Origin: a virus
Taxonomy: Duplodnaviria; Caudoviricetes
Virus record (IMG/VR): IMGVR_UViG_3300023081_001712
Location: 1-39,975 of that record
DNA: 39,975 nt
Strand: one strand, 5' to 3'
In this document: positions 35,575 to 39,975 of the stretch, piece after piece
Position numbering within the stretch: position 1 is the stretch's first letter
Layout: the number at the start of each line of letters is the position of its first letter
The notes under the pieces: generated by a model
Seen by the model: only the letters and a program-made list of their open reading frames with translations
Database searches by the model: none
What the model was told of the DNA's origin: nothing
Made by a program: the position numbers and the translations under genes

Positions 35575-36437
35575 GAGTACTGGTCACAGGTGCAACTGGC
35601 TATATAGGTAGTCATGTTTGTAAGTTATTAAAAGAACACGGACATCATGTTACTGCTTGGGATATCAACATTCACGGCGAATACAATGACATCATGGCAT
35701 ACTGTGACCATTATTCTTCTTATGATATTACCAAGTTTGTACATGGAGACTTTGATGCTGTCGTACACCTAGCAGGACGCAGTGTTGTACCACAGAGTTT
35801 GTTAGAGCCTACAGAATACTATCGTGTTAACACAATGGGCACTGCAAACCTATTGGACCGTGTAGACACTGATCACATATTATTTGCAAGTACCAGCAGT
35901 GCTTGGGAGATGGCTTCACCATATGCACGAAGCAAAGTTGCAGCAGAAGACGTAATAAAGGAAAAAGCCAATGGACATACTATTTTTCGCTTTTTTAATG
36001 TCAGTGGCACTGATGGTCATAACCGCCAGTTGGGTGCTCCTACCCATCTTATTCGTGTTGCTGCTATGGTGGCTGCTGGCAAGATCCCCGATATTAAGAT
36101 CTTTGGCAATGACTATGATACTAGGGACGGCACTTGTATTCGCGATTATATACACATTTGTGATCTTGCTGGTGCTATAGTAAAAGCAGTAGAGTCTGGT
36201 CCAGCAAACACAGACTATGAATGTTTAGGCAGTAACACAGGGTTTAGTGTACTGGAAGTGTTAGATACTATGGAAGCTGTTACTGGAAAGAAGTTAAATA
36301 GAGTTGTAGCACCTCGCAGAGCAGGTGATGCAGTAGCAAGTGTAGTTGACGAGTTGAGCAACTTTGTTACACTTACAAAAACTATAGAGGATATGTGTCT
36401 TGACCAATACAAGCTCGAAATCAGCAGAAACATCTGA
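35571..36437 (+). CDS. galE: UDP-glucose 4-epimerase-like SDR
   Basis: VTGATGYIGSH, HLAG, YARSK, RFFNV.G, DGTCIRDYIH and RR.GD. Confidence 0.9.
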   Translation: MRVLVTGATGYIGSHVCKLLKEHGHHVTAWDINIHGEYNDIMAYCDHYSSYDITKFVHGDFDAVVHLAGRSVVPQSLLEPTEYYRVNTMGTANLLDRVDTDHILFASTSSAWEMASPYARSKVAAEDVIKEKANGHTIFRFFNVSGTDGHNRQLGAPTHLIRVAAMVAAGKIPDIKIFGNDYDTRDGTCIRDYIHICDLAGAIVKAVESGPANTDYECLGSNTGFSVLEVLDTMEAVTGKKLNRVVAPRRAGDAVASVVDELSNFVTLTKTIEDMCLDQYKLEISRNI

Positions 36438-36807
36438 CTACTTTATATTAGATTCCATGGACGAATCAGGAATGGTAGTAAAACCCACAGACGATTATAT
36501 TACAATCTCAAATGATGTTACATTGGACATTAATGGTTATTATGGGCATACTATTGATGTAAGTAGCATAACAACTAGCACGGTCGATACTAGTTTTGCA
36601 GATTTGACATCAATGGATGAGTTAACTATTACACTAAACGAACCGCTAGAGTTTGAAGATCATATGCCAAGTGTTGCTAAAGTGGAAGATATGTGCAATG
36701 ACTATCCGGCACTAAAGCAAGCATATGAAAAGTTTAAAACAATCTATGCTATGGTGCATCAAGATTGGAAAGGCAAGCAAGAGGATGATGAACAACTGCC
36801 ATTCTAA
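36400..36807 (+). CDS. Hypothetical protein (Thr/Ser/Asp-rich N-part, helical C-part)
   Basis: SD GAGGA, TTG start and MC..YPAL..AYEKFK..Y. Confidence 0.6.
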   Translation: MTNTSSKSAETSDYFILDSMDESGMVVKPTDDYITISNDVTLDINGYYGHTIDVSSITTSTVDTSFADLTSMDELTITLNEPLEFEDHMPSVAKVEDMCNDYPALKQAYEKFKTIYAMVHQDWKGKQEDDEQLPF

Positions 36808-37726
36808 ATGCGCAGCACTGTACAATCACACTAATGTAAGGGGAGGCAATCGTGTTTACCCTTGCTGCCGTTATAAGCAACCTATACAAACTTTTGATGG
36901 TGATATAGATACTATATTACACAGCAAAGAATACAAGCAGTTGAGAGAAAACTGGAGTATAAATGATCCGAACTGTGCCAAGTGTATGCACGAAGAAATA
37001 CTAGGCAAAGAAAGTTTACGACAAAGATTTAACAAAGAATACAACACAAAAAAAGTCGAACTTAAATATCTCGAAGTAGGTTTTGACAACATTTGTGATT
37101 TAACCTGTGACGGCTGTTGGGAAGAATGGAGCAGTGCTTGGTGGGCAAAGAAGAATCCCAACTTGCCACACAAACAAGGTATTACCAGCACAGAAGAGTT
37201 TACAAACATTCCTAGCACTGTAAACAAGGTTGTATTTTTAGGCGGTGAGCCACTTATGACCAATAGGCATAGGCGCTTTTTGGAGTCATTTGATACCTTG
37301 CAAGATCTTGAAGTAGAATACTTTACAAACGGTATGCATAAACTACACGAAGAAGATTACCAACTGTTGTCGCAATGCAAAAGAGTGCACTTCACTGTAA
37401 GCATTGACGGTGTAGGTACTTTAAACGAAGCTGTGCGGGGCGGTAGTGTTTGGAGCAGAGTAGTAAAGACATTAGACGAAATAAGAGATACATTTGACTA
37501 CACAATACACACAACTATTCATAAAAATAATTGGCATGGACTACCAGAACTTGCAGAGTTTACAAAAAACTATGCTTGCTGGACAACAAATATCTTGACA
37601 TTTCCAAAAAAACTAGATATAATAAACTTAGAGCAGTGTGACAAAATAAAACTAGAAAAAATATTGGATACATATGATATACCAAACAAAACATACATAC
37701 AGGCACACTTACAAGGAGAAGCATGA
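36788..37726 (+). CDS. Radical SAM protein
   Basis: CDLTCDGC, SS.W, GGEP, TNG, SIDG and N-terminal PCC/CAKC. Confidence 0.9.
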   Translation: MNNCHSKCAALYNHTNVRGGNRVYPCCRYKQPIQTFDGDIDTILHSKEYKQLRENWSINDPNCAKCMHEEILGKESLRQRFNKEYNTKKVELKYLEVGFDNICDLTCDGCWEEWSSAWWAKKNPNLPHKQGITSTEEFTNIPSTVNKVVFLGGEPLMTNRHRRFLESFDTLQDLEVEYFTNGMHKLHEEDYQLLSQCKRVHFTVSIDGVGTLNEAVRGGSVWSRVVKTLDEIRDTFDYTIHTTIHKNNWHGLPELAEFTKNYACWTTNILTFPKKLDIINLEQCDKIKLEKILDTYDIPNKTYIQAHLQGEA

Positions 37727-38337
37727 TGGACATGCGAAGTTATGAAAATTGGAGAGAACACGGTGCAGATGAAAGTTCAGTAGAAGAAGTTACCTGGACT
37801 AAAAACGACTTACTTACACTACCGTGGGAAGCAACATACATGACAGATGAAATCCCAGAAGATAGTTCGTGGGATACATTTGCTACAAAAAACAAAAAAG
37901 CCTTAGAAGCAATGTACAAAGAATGGAAGGTACCTAAAGAAGGTAGCCTACATTATATGAGCATACGTCCTGAACTCACAAAAGGACTGGCAAGCATTAT
38001 TGCACCTTATGCACATATGCATTTTAACTACAACTTCTTAAAACTGACACCAGGTTGTAGTTTGATGTGGCACTTTGATACATACGCAACATTTGTAAAA
38101 TATAATCAGATAAGCGAAGACAAAGCTCATAATGTATGCAGAACTGTTGTAATGATGAACGACTGGGACAGAGGACAAGTTTTGCAAGTCGGTGACGAAG
38201 TTTACACAGGCTGGGTTGCAGGAGATACCTACACTTGGAAAGGTGACACCTGGCACGGTATGGCAAACTTTGGTCCTAGTGATATTGTTATAAGTCAAAT
38301 AACTTTCTTGGATGAAGATGACAGATATTCCCAATGA
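37723..38337 (+). CDS. Cupin/2OG-Fe(II) oxygenase-like protein (paralogue of 24216)
   Basis: PG...WHFD, R.VV...DW..GQ, W.AGD and WHG.AN.G. Confidence 0.7.
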   Translation: MMDMRSYENWREHGADESSVEEVTWTKNDLLTLPWEATYMTDEIPEDSSWDTFATKNKKALEAMYKEWKVPKEGSLHYMSIRPELTKGLASIIAPYAHMHFNYNFLKLTPGCSLMWHFDTYATFVKYNQISEDKAHNVCRTVVMMNDWDRGQVLQVGDEVYTGWVAGDTYTWKGDTWHGMANFGPSDIVISQITFLDEDDRYSQ

Positions 38338-39220
38338 CAAACGTTCAATGGATTTTGGTAGTGCATTTGCTATACAAGATCCGGAGACTATGAAACTATT
38401 GAGAAAACATTATAGTTTTACAGATCTCAATAGCGATAGTATTATTGATGAATTTTTATACGAGTATGACACTTGGATTAAATCAGGTACACTTAATGTG
38501 TTTACTGGATTAGAAGACTTTGGATACAAGTGTTACAGTAACGGTACTACAGAAGCATTTGACAAGTTTTATATGCGCAACGCAAAGCGTAGATTCCGCT
38601 GCTTCAAAGGTGAATATATGTATCACAAACTTGCGTGGAGAGACAAGTTTGTTTGGGCATATCTAGAAGATGAAAAACTACACAAAGCAGATGCAGTTGT
38701 TATTAGTTTGCCATTTGCAGACACAGGTGACAAGCACGACAAATATCACGATTTAATGCGTGAGTGCAGCGAACTAGGCGTGCCTGTGCTAGTGGATTGT
38801 GCATACTATGGCGCTTGTAGGCACATACACATTGACCTAGCATACCCGTGTATAACCGATGTTACATTTAGTTTAAGCAAAACATTTCCTTTAGCATATG
38901 CACGTATAGGTATACGTTACACAAAAGTAGACGACGATGACACAATGTTTGTGTATCATAAAATCAACTACAACAACAAAATAGGTGCATTGCTAGGATT
39001 AGAATATTTCAAAAACTTTACACCAGATTATATACCAAACAAATATGTTGACAAACAAGCAGATTTCTGTAATAATATAGGAGTATGTGTGAGTAAGACT
39101 GTGCTGTTTGGTATAGATTATAATAACAAGTTTCCGCAGTATAATAGAGGCGGAAAAACAAACAGATTAAGTTTCCACAAACAATATATCAAAGGACTAG
39201 ATATTGCCAGTACAAAGTAA
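38318..39220 (+). CDS. PLP-dependent fold-type I enzyme (aminotransferase/decarboxylase-like)
   Basis: NGTTEAF, S.P...G, VDCAY and FSLSK.F....RIG (PLP lysine motif). Confidence 0.75.
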   Translation: MTDIPNDKRSMDFGSAFAIQDPETMKLLRKHYSFTDLNSDSIIDEFLYEYDTWIKSGTLNVFTGLEDFGYKCYSNGTTEAFDKFYMRNAKRRFRCFKGEYMYHKLAWRDKFVWAYLEDEKLHKADAVVISLPFADTGDKHDKYHDLMRECSELGVPVLVDCAYYGACRHIHIDLAYPCITDVTFSLSKTFPLAYARIGIRYTKVDDDDTMFVYHKINYNNKIGALLGLEYFKNFTPDYIPNKYVDKQADFCNNIGVCVSKTVLFGIDYNNKFPQYNRGGKTNRLSFHKQYIKGLDIASTK

Positions 39221-39975
39221 CAACGATTGGGATCCATTAGAAGAAATTATTATCGGCACAGCAGATAACTGTGTACATCCTACTATGAATAAAAGTACAC
39301 ACAGTTTTATTTACGGTGGCGAACAATACGAAGATATCAAGCACTTTGATGGACAACCTATTGCACAATGGATTGTAGATGAAGCAAATGAAGACTTGCA
39401 AGGGTTAGAAGATTGCTTAAAAGGATTGGGCGTTAAGGTTATGCGTCCTGATCCTGTGGATCATAATCAAAAGTTTAGCACACCAGAGTGGGAAACAACC
39501 GGCTGGTATACATTCTGTCCAAGAGATTTGCTGTTACCGTTGGACAATATGATTATTGAATGTCCTAGCCCAATGCGGGCAAGATATTTTGAAACTAGAG
39601 CATATTACAAACACTTATATCGTTGGATGAAAGAAGGTACACAGTGGATAAATGCTCCTAAACCTATTCTAACAGACGATAACTATCAACTGGAGGATCG
39701 CAGTGAAGCAACCCTTGTTAACAAAGAAATTATTTTTGATGCTCCTAATATCGTTCGTCTTGGTCGCGATCTTCTCTGCCAAGTTAGCAATAGTGGCAAC
39801 CAACTTGGCTTTGAGTGGCTAAAAACTATACTAGAGCCAAAAGGTTATCGTATCCACGTAGCAGAAAAGTATTACAGTTTTGCACACTTTGACAGTACAG
39901 TATTACCACTACGTCCAGGACTAGTACTACTAAACGCAGGACGTTTGAGTGAAGATTGGTATCCACCTATCTTTA
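39204..39975 (+). CDS. L-arginine-dependent amidinotransferase (GATM/StrB1 family), 3' partial, not in ORF track
   Basis: SD AAAGGA and TTG 39204. Translated by hand as MPVQSNNDWDPLEEIIIG...LGVKVMRP...FCPRD...RYFE...APKP...FDAPN..RLGRD...GN..G..WL...HFDSTVLPLRPGLVLLN; open to the window end. Confidence 0.9.
   Translation, partial: MPVQSNNDWDPLEEIIIGTADNCVHPTMNKSTHSFIYGGEQYEDIKHFDGQPIAQWIVDEANEDLQGLEDCLKGLGVKVMRPDPVDHNQKFSTPEWETTGWYTFCPRDLLLPLDNMIIECPSPMRARYFETRAYYKHLYRWMKEGTQWINAPKPILTDDNYQLEDRSEATLVNKEIIFDAPNIVRLGRDLLCQVSNSGNQLGFEWLKTILEPKGYRIHVAEKYYSFAHFDSTVLPLRPGLVLLNAGRLSEDWYPPIF

Noticed and set aside
640-38340. Numerous minus-strand and nested ORFs in the track (e.g. 16673..17242, 25851..26411, 4840..5229)
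   Set aside because: They are shadows of well-supported + strand genes with no motifs or RBS. Only 22296..23159 is credible.
1-39975. Stop-codon reassignment as seen in some large phages
   Set aside because: Genes tile fully under code 11, and TAA, TAG and TGA all end genes at sensible junctions.
1-39975. tRNA, ncRNA, CRISPR array, intron or DGR
   Set aside because: Intergenic gaps are at most about 40 nt once the small ORFs at 17069, 29029 and 33059 are added. No reverse transcriptase, cas gene or cloverleaf was seen by eye.

Overview
About 40 kb of a large, AT-rich, densely coding T4-superfamily-like dsDNA phage genome. It uses standard code 11, and all but one supported gene lie on the + strand. 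Spanin-like genes point to a Gram-negative host. From left to right it contains: (1) a lysis cassette with an endolysin C-terminus, an i-/o-spanin pair, membrane proteins and a class-3 lipase; (2) a DnaJ - peptide deformylase - ClpA proteostasis module; (3) a 6.8-17.2 kb block where about ten unrelated proteins share a short N-terminal M-K/R/L-x-x-E/D-phi-x-E leader resembling T4 capsid-targeting sequences, including a KxDG ligase-like protein paired with a HIGH nucleotidyltransferase; (4) interleaved with and following these, expanded paralogous families of tailoring enzymes (6 GT10-like 'TEK' proteins, 4 radical SAM, 4 2OG/cupin oxygenases, 1 sulfotransferase), several preceded by a TAAATA late-promoter-like box only 4-9 nt from the ATG; (5) family-B DNA polymerase, sugar-nucleotide enzymes and a sliding clamp; (6) a 7-deazaguanine DNA-modification locus (TGT/DpdA-like, QueD-paralogue with LxxxHRHxF) running into a glycosyltransferase, GalE, radical SAM, cupin, PLP enzyme and an arginine-dependent amidinotransferase that is truncated at the window end and absent from the ORF track. 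I saw no tRNA, rRNA, CRISPR array or mobile element. All functional calls come from motif recognition by eye; no database searches were run.
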